DNA from: Chromera velia
Taxonomy: Eukaryota
Length of the DNA stretch: 48,016 nucleotides
Assembly: GCA_018398765.1 (NCBI GenBank)
Contig: JAHBMJ010000462.1
Span: 1-48,016, forward strand
Reading direction: 5' to 3'
In this document: in pieces, positions 14,501-27,051 of the stretch
Layout of the letters: each line of letters starts with the position of its first letter
Position numbering within the stretch: the stretch's first letter is position 1
The notes under the pieces: generated by a model
What the model saw: the letters and a program-made list of their open reading frames with translations, nothing else
The model's database searches: none
What the model was told of the DNA's origin: nothing
Made by a program: the position numbers and the translations under genes

Positions 14501-14729
14501 AGGGATCCAGGGACAGTGCGTGTGAGAAGTCTGCGTAGGCGGAGGAGAGATCCCCCAGAGCAAGGAAGGCTTCTCCCCTGTAGTAGAAGGGAAGAGGGTC
14601 ATTGGGATGAAGGAAGGAGCACCGGGTAAAATCGGAAATGGCGCTCTCGTATGAGCCTGCGTCGAGAGATTCGATTCCTCTGCTGAGCTTCGAGTCTACA
14701 TTCTGCAGGATGGTCTCTTGCAGGGACAT
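8394..14729 (-). CDS. Multi-exon tetratricopeptide-repeat protein (possibly TTC16-like) with a long low-complexity C-terminus
   Basis: N-terminal TPRs ([47 protein letters not shown]). Approximate GT-AG exons: 14729-13395, 13046-12969 ([26 protein letters not shown]), 12685-12616 ([11 protein letters not shown]), ~12369-12222, ~11937-11867 ([17 protein letters not shown]), ~11408-11336 (LELAIADLQ), ~10879-10481 and ~10278-8394. Several small exons encode TPR-like helices. Confidence 0.8.
11412..11625. repeat. Intronic (CA)n-(TC)n-(TG)n compound microsatellite
   Basis: Seen directly, within an intron of the TPR gene. Confidence 0.95.
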
Positions 14730-15135
14730 CTTTTAGTCACTTCCTGAAACTTGCTCTTCTTGCAAAGCTGCAACCGTTAGGGACACCAACGGTGCTGCCA
14801 CCGGCTCTATACGATTCACCTCAATCCAGTCAGCGGAGACGGTTGATCTGCGTGCGAGAATGAGTCTCCCGAACCCCTCAAGCGCAGCGAGGGGAGGCGA
14901 ACTGGACGTTTGTTGTCACTCTGTCAGGCATATATATATACAGGGTGACTCTGGAACTGACGGGAGTCCATCCAGGTCCTGCTGTTCCCAAACTTTGCAG
15001 ACTTCCAACGATGAGTATCTGTTTGTATGGAGAAATGTACTGGTTGCTATATTTAATTTATGCATGTATAAATGCATCATACATATGCATGCATGCATTG
15101 ATTGATGCATTGAATCCATTACCGATACAAGAGCT

Positions 15136-15325
15136 CAAGCAACACATGGCAACAAGAACAACCGTCAAGTAACAGTGCTGCAACACTTGAAAACAACACA
15201 AGACAACACATGCACTCAAAGCAACACATGGCAACATGCAGGAACAACAGTCAAGCAACAGTGCTTGTTATGTTGCAACACTTGAAAACAACACAAGACA
15301 ACACACTCTGAATGCAACACTTCCA
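15136..15325. repeat. Imperfect tandem duplication (~85-95 bp unit, CAACAC-rich) between divergent genes
   Basis: 'aagcaacacatggcaaca...aacagtgct...gcaacacttgaaaacaacacaagacaacaca' occurs twice. Confidence 0.75.
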
Positions 15326-15689
15326 TGCATTGCGGCGTGGTGTCCACTCAGACTCCACTATAGCTGTCATGCAGAAGAGATGGTAATGTATTGTCGATTC
15401 GCCTCTATGTGCTCAGCTGACTGTATGTAGCGCATGTCTGTGAATCCTGAGGCAGTCGTTCTCGGAATTCAAGAACGACACAAACTATATATATATGGAC
15501 TTCTGGTGCAGCGACACTTTTGTGCGTGTTGCAGCATTTCGATCCGTAGATGAAGACGAGACAGGCAATCGGATACCGTATAAGACCGGTGTGCCTTTGA
15601 GAAACTGATTGTTGAAATCGAGAACGAGACCAACAGAGCCATCTGTTTGTGGTCTGGCTGCAGCAGCACAGCTGACTCCAAAAATTGCG

Positions 15690-18600
15690 ATGCAGACCGA
15701 TTTCCGATCCCGTTTGCGCCTTGCTCAGGAGAGACAAATGAAGGTACGCCTCGGGAACGCATGCAAACAGATGTCGCGTCTGTCTGTCTTTCTGCACCAA
15801 TAGATGTACAAAAACTTGTCTCTGTGAGTCTTACTATGAGGTGACATCATGCTTCCTTCAATGCTTTCGCCTTGCTGCGGCCCTGGACGTGACTGAAGCA
15901 CTTTCAACAGCTCATGCATTTTTGCGTACCTACTTCGTTTGGGTCTCCTTTTCATCGTTTCTTGAATTTCTTTGGCCATGCCGATCTTTCTTTACCCGCA
16001 GAACATGCAGCACCTGCCCGACGACTTCAACCGAATGAAGCGCAGGGCCTGGATAGACGACATCCACAGGCTGGAGAAAGACATCGGACTTCAGGTATAT
16101 ATATGTACGTGTGATATGTGTTTTTCCTCATAGGATCAGTAGACACAGGGGGGTGGGGGGGGGCATGCAGTGTGGCATGCACATAGACACTGTCACCTTA
16201 CCATCCGAGCCTCTCAGTAGTGCTTTCTTTCTCTCACATGCATTTTCCTTTACTTTGGCATTATGTATCTTCTTACCGGTATTGCTGGACCCCCCCCCAA
16301 CGCTTTCCTTCTGTTTTCTCTCTTCCTTCGGCTGCAGGCGGCAGTCCTGGACGTCTCAAAGGTCAGATCAGATTTTTTGGGGATCTTTGTGCAGGGTTGA
16401 GCACCGAAACGTTCTCCTTATTTGTCATGACCTCCGCGTTCCCCCTTTTTTTTCATCCGTTGGAGATCTTCTGGGAAGATCGGCTTCGAGGGATTGCTTT
16501 CGCTACCTCGGTCTGCATCTCTGTGATTTCAGCAGCCGTTCCCAACTCGCAAAGCTCATACCCTGTGTCGACGCCGTTAATTCTGCTTTTACGCTCGTTG
16601 CCTTGATTGGTTGCTTGGTTGGTTGGTTCGTTCCTGATGGGTTCAACACGTATGATTCGCTCAGTTTGTTTGTTCAGCGTTGTGCACGCATGTCTCTCTC
16701 CTCTTCCCTTCTTTTCTGTTCACATCTGTGCAGGAGGATTTGGTTCTTCTGCACAGGAACGGAAAGAAGTGGGAGAAGGATTTCGATGAGAGGCTGAAAG
16801 AGTCAGTGGAGGGGGCTAGGGGCTCTGGAAGGGAGAGAGGGAGAGAGGCAGAGAGAGAAGCAATAAGGCCCCCCCGCATAGGTCCATTGATCGAGTCTGC
16901 CTCTACATGTCTGGATCTTTTTGAGTTGTGGATGCCTGAGGGACATTACAGCCTTTTTTGAATTCAGAGGAATCCCAGTGCATATACATGCCGCCGTCTT
17001 GCAGGTGGAAGGACAAATGGAAGCACCCTCCTGCTGATCCCGAGAAATCATTTTTCAAAGATATTTTGAGCTTCTTTGACGGTCCCTCCACCCTGTTCGA
17101 CACTCCTGCGAAAGTGTTACGAAAGGAACCGGAGGAACTTCGGAAGGCCGCAGAGGCAGGGAGGTACTCTGACTGGCCGGGGTTTCAGTTCTCGCAGATC
17201 CCCACAGACCTGGCAAGGGACCCGAAAGTGAACGGAATGCCGAAAAGACTCCAATATGGGAGGGGGGATGAGGCTCTGACTTCTGCAGCAGAGTTGAGGA
17301 GAAAGTTCGAGGAGGCACCCGGTCTGACGTCTAGACTCCCCGAGGGGATCAATCTGATTGGAGAAAAGCCAGGGGGAAGAGGGGCGGCGCGAGGGGGGCT
17401 CTTCAGGGTGAGTACGGGGGGGCAGCACAACTGGGAGTCAGGGAAATGGAAGACTTTTCAATCATCTTTCTGGCAACCCCTTCTTTGTTGTGTCGACTGA
17501 TGAGCGCTGAAAGGATGTGAATCCCTCCAGCGTTTTCTGGCGGTGTATCTCCAAATACATTGCCCCCGACAAAGTTTTTTCCGTCTTCTGTCGGAATGAT
17601 GACCTAAAACGCGGCTCGATCAATCCGATCGTTTGTTTTTCCTTTTCTTTCGACCCTAACTTCTGTTCGTGTCATTTGCTCATGCAATACTAATTTCTTC
17701 GACTTCCTTCTCCACTGATTCATCTTCTCCTGCTCTTTTTCTGTCGTCGCCTGTATGGCATTCATGCAGGATGCATTCCATCCCTCCACATCCAGTAGCC
17801 TTCCTGTTGCTCCAGAGGCGTTCCCTTTTTTTTTTCGAGATTTTGAATCCGGACAGCAAAAGGCCGCCCCTCGTTCCTTCCTTTCAGCCTTCCTCTCACA
17901 AGGCAGAAAAGCCACCCAGCAGCAGTGTGAGGAAAAGGGGCATCAGGAGAGGCATCAGAGAACTGAGAGGCAACCCCCCGGGTCCCCCTACGATAAAGAG
18001 AACGAAGCATCAGGAGGAGAGGGAAACGACCCTTTCGGAGCTGTGCCTCTGGACTGGTGGAGACCCCAGAGACGACCACTCAAGCCGGGGGACCTCTTTC
18101 AAATTGCACCCCCAGGCATGGAATTGGAATCACATGGGGTTGCTTTGGGGTCCTCTGCTGTCCTGTCAAGGTCCCTCACAGAGACACTGGCAAAAAGGGT
18201 CCGTCAGACAGGCAGTCAGAGGGACCAGAAAAGAAAAAAAAGGAAAAAGACATGCACTGCTGAATTTGTCAACCAATATGGAAGTTTCACTTGGTGGGTT
18301 GCAGTCACACGTTTTCCTGGAAAGCTGGAGGGAAGGAACACTTTGCTCATCACATGCAAACGTGTGGCCTGCACCTTTTTCCGATTTTGGTTTGCCGCAA
18401 AAGAACGATGGTGGTGCTTGCCTTTGTCTCCTGCTTTGGTTGCAGATTTCTGAGCATCACATGGTGCTCTCGTCTGCGAGTAGTCGGGTGCAGAGGTGGT
18501 GGCGTTGGAGGACAGGGAGGCGGGTGGGGTTTGTCCCTCAGATGGTGCTGGAGGTCACTCAACAGAGGGCTGAGACAATGAGGCTGCAGACCCTCCAGAA

Positions 18601-20257
18601 AGCCCGGGAGGAGACGGAGAGAAAGAGGAGAGAAGAGAACGTGAAGAGAATGAGAATCGCGAGAACTGTTGCAAACAAATGGAAGTCAGTCGGGGGGATT
18701 TGAAAGTCGCCGCGCTTCTCTGCTCACTCCCAACTCCTTCGTGCTTGTTGGAGGGAAGGAGAAATTTCTCATTCAACACAAAGATGTCTCCAGTACCATT
18801 GTGTCTTCGCATTTTGTTTTTCCTTCTTCTGTCTATATCTGTGTATGCCGGTGTGTGATGTGGGGTCTCCTTTCTATATGCTTGAGACCAAGTCTCCTGC
18901 GTTATGTAAACGCCCAAGCAAAGGCCCTCTCGATTCCATTCTGATCACCTGCTCGTCTCTTGTTATCTTGGAAGTTACCCGTTTTGTGTGCCAACTTCTG
19001 CGTTGTCTTCCCGATCCGTGTCTCCCTTCTTTCGAACCAGCTGCATTGTTAATTTCCTTCCTTTCACGTGAAGTCCTGTCAATTCCTTCCTTCCTTCCTT
19101 CCTTCCTGTTCTCTTCTCGCAGGAGTTTGGTTTCAGAAAGGCGAGAAGCAGAGAAGCGAAAGTTCGTGTCTGGAGAGAGAGAGGTTGAAATTCCGGGGCT
19201 GCAGGTAGAGAAACGAACGGAAGAAGATGAGGGAGACGAAAATGAAAGGACTGGCGAACAGATCGAAATACCCGTCTCTCATCAGTCCACAACCACTACT
19301 CCAAAACAATTCAACGAGCCTCGTCACTCCACACACAGGACATCGAGGACTTCCTTTGCTCCAGCCACACCCTTTCAGCCTCCTCCCCCTCCCTCCCCCC
19401 CCCCTCAGACTTCCCTCAACAACCACACCCACACAGCATCCCAGAGTTTTACAAGTCGTCCGGCAGAGGAAGGGAAGCCCTCGGCAATGAGACGGAGGTC
19501 CTCTGGAGGCACTGCAAAGAAAGTTCGTTTCCATTTTGCAGATGATGCAGAGGGCTTCCCATCAGACGAACAAAAAGAGACCAAAATTGACCCCTCAAAC
19601 GCACCACAGGAACTCCCAAAAGAAGAAAAATCTAAGACACCATCCCAGCGGAATACTCCGCAAGACCCCCTCGAGATCGAAAAACCTCCGGATGACAAAA
19701 CCCCCGAACGAAAGCTTCTCCAAACAAAAAGCCCATCCCTGTATGAAGAGAGACCAGTCCCTTTAGAACATTTTGAACAAAGTGGCACTTTTCCTTTTCC
19801 TCTGCGCCCGCAGGACCCCTCTGAAAGGCGCGCCTCTGCACCAGCAGCCCTCGCTCTGTCGTTCCTCTTCCCCCCCTCGAAAAACTCCAGCTCGAAAGTC
19901 GCGGAAACAGACGCGTCTGCCAGAGATGGCACCAGTGAAGCAGACCCTCCCGTTGGCCTCAGAGGGAGTCGCCACAGTCAAACAAATCTTGTTCGGGAGT
20001 CTGGGACAGAAGTGCAGAATGATGTCTTTGCTGATGATCAAGAGCAGAAGAACGAATCCGATCCTCCCTCCTCCGGTGTGTCGGAACGTGTGGGAAAGAG
20101 AGACACACATTATGACAAAGAAGTCAATATGAAAAGAGACAACACTGATTCACAGAACAATGACCGCACGCCGTCGGTTCCTGCGCGCCGGCGTTCTTTT
20201 TCCCTGAGACGCGGATCATTCACACTTCCATTACCACCGAATTGTCGGCGACAGTAA
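15690..20257 (+). CDS. Multi-exon hypothetical protein with a possible IQ-like motif, coiled coil and Pro/Ser-rich tail
   Basis: ATG at 15690 (MQTDFRSRLRLAQERQMK|gt). Approximate GT-AG exons: 16002-16094, 16338-16361, 16734-16881, 17005-17407, 17770-~18210, 18446-~18684 (SRVQRWWRWRT) and 19123-20257. Boundaries set by eye. Confidence 0.65.
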
Positions 20258-21245
20258 AGGAGCTTCTCGTTTATCAAGGCCTTTAATTGCTGTACTTTGC
20301 TGTCTCCGTCCATGCTTTGGGCGTTTTTTTCTCTTTGAATGAATGAATGAATGAGTGAGTGAGTGAGTGAGTGAGTGAATGAATAAATGACGAAGCCAGA
20401 CACTATAAAGATTTCTTTAAAGTTATTTTCTGAAGGTTCTGTCGCGCCACTGGCAGTAGTGATTCACCGAAGACCATTATTCATTTTTAATTCTTAGTAC
20501 GTTTTGCTTATATTACATTCAATGGCACCACATTCATATCAGTTTTTGCTTTAAAACCTCAGGTTTGCTTGTGTGACTCATTTGGAAGTTTAAGTTCAGA
20601 TGCCGAACTTCGGACATTCCCCCTATCCTACTGGCTCAGACATTCCCCTTAATTATCCTGCTATCAAAACATGAAATGACTACTATAAGATACTATAAGA
20701 GCAAAAGATAAACGCAAGAACGAGTCGAGTCCATTTTAATCTATTTTGATGCAAGGTCTTAAACTTAAATATATTGTTGAGCATTATTATAGGTATTACT
20801 ACAAACGGATTATGAGCCTCTAAATTTAGGACAGAGAAATGTGCCAGTTTAATTTTGGTCTGCTCACTTCGAAATTCGTGTAATGAAGACTCGCACAACA
20901 ATCTTGCTGTGACATCATCAAACAACATTGCTACATGACAGCATGCAGCCTTTCCAATTTTAATGGTAGCTAGGCATAGGCCCGGGCGGTCCCGTGACTG
21001 GGCCTTGACACCGGGCCACGCGCACTACGTGCTATCCATGAAAAGTGCGTCCGCACCGCCACTACTTCATAGAACTTGAAGTGCTACAAGCATATACAAT
21101 TTAACGTCTGCGCCAGTTTGCGCATACCTGCGCATTTTTAATAATTTTTGGAGTTATAACGAAGTACAACGAACTTCTTAACCGTAGAGTTAACGGCGTC
21201 AATGCGACAAACAGCCAGCCACGGTAAATCTGAAAATTTAAAAAA

Positions 21246-22417
21246 TAGAGCTGGGAAAAGGTTCATTGAGAAAAGGTTCAAATATGAAAAAGTGAACCTG
21301 TTGAACCTGTTTTGAACCTGTTGAACCTGTTTTACCTGTTTTAAACCTGTTTTGGAGGCCAGATGCGCGGCCACTGGCACAAAGCCGGCCAGGCCTGTGC
21401 CGTCCACGCCCGATATAGGTGAAATAAAGAGCCGGAGCCGCGCACATAGCAACTATCCCCAGCCGGTTCAATCTATTGTATCAGACAGACGCATATCAGC
21501 ATACGTCAGCATCATATGTCAGCATGAAAACTCATGTTGACGGTTACAGAAGTGAAGAAGTACACGTGACTTACCAAGTTTTCCACTTGCAAGGCCCCGC
21601 ATCAAAACAGACAGTCTCCACTAAAAGAATGAGGAAGTATAGAGTTTGTTTGACAACAGTCTACACGACAGTGTAATTGACAATATCTTTTTGGAGGGGC
21701 TGCTTCAGACTCGTGCCGATAGCAGTCCCTCTGCTTGCTTCCACTACTGCCGTCTCCGGATCTTTTTTTTTGAACTCCCAGCTACAAGAGGGCTACCCAT
21801 GGGTTTGACCTCTTTCACTGTACAACCCTTTTTCATTCTCTTTTTCATTAGAACGAATGCAAACCCAGATGTTTAGGTGCCACCCGCGGTAGCTGGGAGT
21901 GGTGGGGGCCATGGGGGGGAGCAGGGGGAGGGGCAACAGGCCGGTCCGGGAGCAGTAGGTCAAAGAGGCGGCAGTGCACGGAGAGGGAGGAGGGGGGTGG
22001 GGGCCGCAGGGCAACCGGTGAGTAGATGAAAGAAAGAAAGAAACGCTGTGATGGTCTGTCTTATGTTGACTAAATTGTCATGATTGATACGATCATATAA
22101 ATTTAATTATGGTATTTTCTAATTTTTTCAGGCTTTTTTGATTACTAATTTTCGACTATAAACAGTGAATAAATTGAGACTAGCACCTAATATGAGCATA
22201 AATATTGATTTAAACTATTTAAAAACACTACTAAGGCATAGATTCTATAATAAAACGTTTTAAAAATGCATTAAAGCCTAATTTAAAGGCATAAAATAAT
22301 ACGAAAAAATGAGGTTTCTATTTATTTCTATTAATTAAAAGTGAACCTGTTTTTGAACCTGATTCAGGTTCATTACTTCGAAGTGAACCTTGAACCTTGA
22401 ACCTTTTCCTAGCACTA
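21246..22417. mobile_element. Non-autonomous hAT-like DNA transposon (1172 bp)
   Basis: TIRs TAGAGCTGGGAAAAGGTTCA and, as reverse complement, TAGTGCTAGGAAAAGGTTCA (18/20). Perfect 8-bp TSD TTAAAAAA at 21238-21245 and 22418-22425. Subterminal TGAACCT(G) repeats at both ends. No transposase ORF. Confidence 0.85.
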
Positions 22418-23192
22418 TTAAAAAAATGTGTTAAGCTAAAAAATTGTATCTATAATTCAGTTTATTGAGCTCAAAGCGGTACCATTTTTATTTTTCGTAA
22501 ACTCAGGCAAACTCAAGTTTATTCCAGTTAATTCTGGTTTGTATGTACGTTTAAAAAATATAAATCAACAATATTCTAGTTTTTCTAGGTTCTTAGAAAA
22601 GGTGGCTTAGACCAAGAGCTATACACATGCATAACAACACTTTGACTCAGAGGTCAAATTTTATAAAACTCTAGACAAAACTATCGAAAACCTAATCAAT
22701 CCTATCGAAATTAAATAGAAAAAAATAAGTCTATTTTCTATAACTTCATTCATTCATTCATTCATTCATTCATCCTAAGTTAGTCGGAAACTTAGTCCTA
22801 TCTAAACCTATCCTAACTTACTTTCTCCTCTAGTTACTCCTAACCGTATAGTGTGATCAATAGGCAGAGGGACGGATGAAAGGAGGGATTCAAGGGAGGA
22901 AAGAATGAAATTTAAGAGAACTAGAGAAACAGAGAGAGCCTGAGAGGAGGGGGAGGGAGGGGGTGAGGGAGGGAGAGAGGGAGGCAGAGAGGGAGCGGGA
23001 GAGAGAGATAAACAAAAGAAAGAGGAAAACAAAGAAAGAAACGGTCATGCAGACAACGTGAACAGCTAGGGAGTCCAAAGAGAAGGTAAGCACACTTGCG
23101 AGACAGACTCACACAGAGACTGTATTACGTCTTCGTTGTCTTTCTTTTCTCCTTCAAAAGAAACAACCCACCAAGAAAAGACATCATACACA

Positions 23193-23696
23193 CAGACAGA
23201 CTATATGGTTTTTTCCCCTCCTTTTCTTCATGAACACAACAGACAAACAAGAAAGAGAGAAAGAAAGAAAGAAAGAAAGAAAGAAATACTATATCGTTTT
23301 TTCTTTGTCTCTTTCTTCATTCTCTTTTGTTGATTTCTTTCAGACAGACTATATGGTTTCTTTCCCTCCTTTTCTTCATGAACACAACAGACAAACAAGA
23401 AAGAGAGAAAGAAAGAAAGAAAGAAAGAAAGAAATACTATATCGTTTTTTCTTTGTCTCTTTCTTCATTCTCTTTTGTTGATTTCTTTCAGACAGACTAT
23501 ATGGTTTCTTTCCCTCCTTTTCTTCATGAACACAACAGACAAACAAGAAAGAGAGAAAGAAAGAAAGAAAGAAAGAAAGAAATACTATATCGTTTTTTCT
23601 TTGTCTCTTTCTTCATTCTCTTTTGTTGATTTCTTTCAGACAGACTATATGGTTTCTTTCCCTCCTTTTCTTCATGAACACAACAGACAAAAAGAA
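23193..23696. repeat. 148-bp tandem repeat (~3.4 copies)
   Basis: Unit 'cagacagactatatggttt...gttgatttcttt' starts at 23193, 23341, 23489 and 23637. Confidence 0.95.
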
Positions 23697-23697
23697 N

Positions 23698-24185
23698 TTC
23701 ATTCATTCATCCTAAGTTAGTCGGAAACTTAGTCCTATCTAAACCTATCCTAACTTACTTTCTCCTCTAGTTACTCCTAACCGTATAGTGTGATCAATAG
23801 GCAGAGGGACGGATGAAAGGAGGGATTCAAGGGAGGAAAGAATGAAATTTAAGAGAACTAGAGAAACAGAGAGAGCCTGAGAGGAGGGGGAGGGAGGGGG
23901 TGAGGGAGGGAGAGAGGGAGGCAGAGAGGGAGCGGGAGAGAGAGATAAACAAAAGAAAGAGGAAAACAAAGAAAGAAACGGTCATGCAGACAACGTGAAC
24001 AGCTAGGGAGTCCAAAGAGAAGGTAAGCACACTTGCGAGACAGACTCACACAGAGACTGTATTACGTCTTCGTTGTCTTTCTTTTCTCCTTCAAAAGAAA
24101 CAACCCACCAAGAAAAGACATCATACACACAGACAGACTATATGGTTTTTTCCCCTCCTTTTCTTCATGAACACAACAGACAAAA
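23698..24185. repeat. Near-identical copy of ~22761-23248, probably an assembly overlap artefact
   Basis: Same sequence at offset 937 (identical ORFs in the track), beginning right after the isolated N at 23697. Confidence 0.85.
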
Positions 24186-24242
24186 AGAAAGAAAGCCAGA
24201 CAGACAGACTATGTGTTGAGACAGACAGACTAGACAGACACA

Positions 24243-24279
<37 letters not shown>

Positions 24280-24468
24280 GGAGGNNNNNNNNNNNNNNNN
24301 NNNNNNNNNNNNNNNNNNNNNNNNNNNNNNNNNNNNNNNNNNNNNNNNNNNNNNNNNNNNNNNNNNNNNNNNNNNNNNNNNNNNNNNNNNNNNNNNNNNN
24401 NNNNNNNNNNNNNNNNNNNNNNNNNNNNNNNNNNNNNNNNNNNNNNNNNNNNNNNNNNNNNNNNNNNN

Positions 24469-24501
<33 letters not shown>

Positions 24502-24594
24502 TGTGTGTGTGTCTGTATGTATGTCTGTGTGTTAAACGATGTGTTTGTATCTCCGCGTGTCCCTTCCTGCCTTCTTCAATGCCTGCCTATTCTT

Positions 24595-25110
24595 TCTCTC
24601 TCTCACTCATTCACTCACTCACACACTCATTCCTTCACTCACTCACTCACTCACACACTCACTCACACACTCACTCCCTCTCACTCACTCATTCACTCAC
24701 TCATTCACTCACTCACTCACTCACTCACTCACTCAAACACTCACACACTTACTCACACACTCACTCACTCACTCACTCACTCACTCACTCCTCTCACTCA
24801 CTCTCTCTCACTCACTCATTCACTCACTCACTCACTCACTCACTCACTCACTCATTCACTCACTCACACACTCACGCACTCACTCTCTCTCACTCATTCA
24901 CTCACTCACTCACGCACGCTCTCACTCACTCACTCACTCACTCACTCACTCACTCACACACTCACACACTCACTCACTCACACACTCACGCACTCACTCA
25001 CTCTCTCTCTCTCTCTCACACACAGACGCATGCAAGCAAGCAAGCACACGCACACGCACACACACATACACACACACACACACACATACTCTCTCTCTCT
25101 CTCTCAACCC
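24595..25110. repeat. (TCAC)n/(CA)n/(TC)n microsatellite between assembly gaps
   Basis: Seen directly. Gaps at 24285-24468 and 25119-25158. Confidence 0.95.
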
Positions 25111-25162
25111 CCCCCCCCNNNNNNNNNNNNNNNNNNNNNNNNNNNNNNNNNNNNNNNNCCCC

Positions 25163-25193
<31 letters not shown>

Positions 25194-25534
25194 ACCCAGC
25201 GGGCGAGCGAGAGACAAGAGAGAGAGAGCAGGAAGAGATGCGGCGTGGGAAAAGGGCAGTAGGCTTAGAACTCCACTTCACTTGTACATTGCTTCAGCGA
25301 TCAGATGCAAGGGCAGCTCCTAAAATCTTCACAGAATACCTTTTTTCCGTATAGCCACCCACCTAGCCACGCACAGTACCTGTCTTCCTCGCCGATTCAT
25401 GCGCTACACACACATGACTCTTTGCTTTACATGGTTTCTTCACTGACGTTCGCGTGCTGCCATGTCGGCATGTGAATTATTTTACAGTTACCAGCCGGCA
25501 CCTATACAACAGTCTCTCGCACAGTGGCATCAGG

Positions 25535-26167
25535 TCAACTCCGGAAGGGCCTGACGAGTTCCACAATTTTCCTGAAGACCTCCTGGACCTCTGCCTGTGA
25601 CACCTGCCCGTTGATGCTGACGGACCCGGTCACCCAAATGAGAACGCGAGCGTAGGGCTTGATGGACTGCCATACAAGTCCGGAGAAGACTTCAGGTTCG
25701 TACGAGGCATAAGCAGGGTTTGCTTTGGCGAGCTCTTCCAGTCTGATGGGATGGCACACGTCCCCGTTGGCCATGAGAGACTCGACCTTGAAGTTGCAGA
25801 AGTTGGCCTCTGGATGGACTGAAAGCTGCAGAAGGCGAATGATCTTCTTCCCTGCCAAACGGGCTTCCGCTTCAGATTGCGCGGAAGTGATGAGGACGCG
25901 GCCCTTCTCGTATATAATCGCAGTGACTGACGGATCCTGGAGTCTGAATATGACTGCGTTAGTGCGTTTGGGGTTGTACTCTGTGTTCCTGAGGGCGAAG
26001 TACACCCTTTTCAGGTCGAGGTAGCAACCTGTTTGCACAGAGCAGATGAGGTTGGAGACAGTGGGAGAACGGGGACGGGGGAGGTCCGACTGGTCAGCAG
26101 AGGAGGAGGAGAGGGCAAGCTGGTCGTGCAGCCTCTCTGTCCGGTCCATTGCTTCCGTTGTATGCAC
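25535..26167 (-). CDS. TBP: TATA-binding protein family member (divergent TBP/TBP-like factor), intronless, 210 aa
   Basis: Two TBP repeats: PTVSNLICSV..LDLKRV..NTEYNPKRTNAVIFRLQDPSVTAIIYEKGRVLITSAQSE and NFKVESLMANGD..PIRLEELA..ASYEPEVFSGLVW..ARVLIWVTGSVSING. Confidence 0.93.
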   Translation of the reverse strand: MHTTEAMDRTERLHDQLALSSSSADQSDLPRPRSPTVSNLICSVQTGCYLDLKRVYFALRNTEYNPKRTNAVIFRLQDPSVTAIIYEKGRVLITSAQSEAEARLAGKKIIRLLQLSVHPEANFCNFKVESLMANGDVCHPIRLEELAKANPAYASYEPEVFSGLVWQSIKPYARVLIWVTGSVSINGQVSQAEVQEVFRKIVELVRPFRS

Positions 26168-27051
26168 AGATTCGTGTTGCTATCTCATATAGACGGATCG
26201 AAGAGCAACAACTTCAAAGTAGAGGCAGAGAGACGGTCAAATTGTTGTTGTTCTTCTTACCGGTGCAAACACGCGACTGCACGTGGGAGCACACTTTTCT
26301 GACCATGCCTCCTTCGACAACAAGGGGATCTCTTTAGATGTCACGCTCTACCTGACAGAATTCATGCTCTGACAAGTCACGAGTCTTAACGAATTGAAGT
26401 GCAGCTCAACTGAACCAGAATTTAAGGGTCAGTGCTGATCGGCTGGCAGAGCCCCCTAGCTTTCGCCTCGGGGGGCAGCTCAGCTCTGTTGCATGAGATC
26501 AGCCGAGAGGCCCTGAGATCGCACACACTCGCATAACGCATTTTTTTCATTTTTGGGAAGGTCCATACATCTAATATATTTTGGCAATTCAAATTCTATA
26601 CTTTAGCCTCAGGCTCTATAATGAATTTATACTAACTTTAATTTAGTCATTACCATTACAGCATATCCCCCGGGCCTGATATTGTACCATGGTTTAGCTG
26701 TATATACTATTCTAGCTGTAGTCCTAGCTGTAGCCCCAATAATTTTAAAATAATTCTCTTACTATGGTTAGCCATAGTAGTACCTATAGTTTACTTGTAT
26801 TTAATTCTATTATTATTCCAACGATATCCAACTTGAACGAAGGATTCAACGATGGAAGCTAGAAACCTATGTAGAACTTGAAACCTTCACTGCCAGCGGT
26901 ACATATATGTTCTCTACCCATGGTGTCCCGGGGATAGCTCTTATCTTTGCCCAGATTGAGGGTCAGGCCGTATTCCCCCAAAATTTCGACACAATCTGAC
27001 CAGGCAGAGGTCAGACAATCAGCAGAGCTGGAAGGAAAAATGAGGGAGAGG

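Noticed and set aside
23193..23696. 148-bp repeat array as CRISPR or a coding repeat
   Set aside because: Whole units are near-identical with no spacers, and the ORFs are low-complexity artefacts.
22761..24185. A ~490-bp direct repeat pair resembling LTRs
   Set aside because: The copies look identical, join at an isolated N and lack TG..CA, PBS and TSD. This fits a scaffold overlap artefact.
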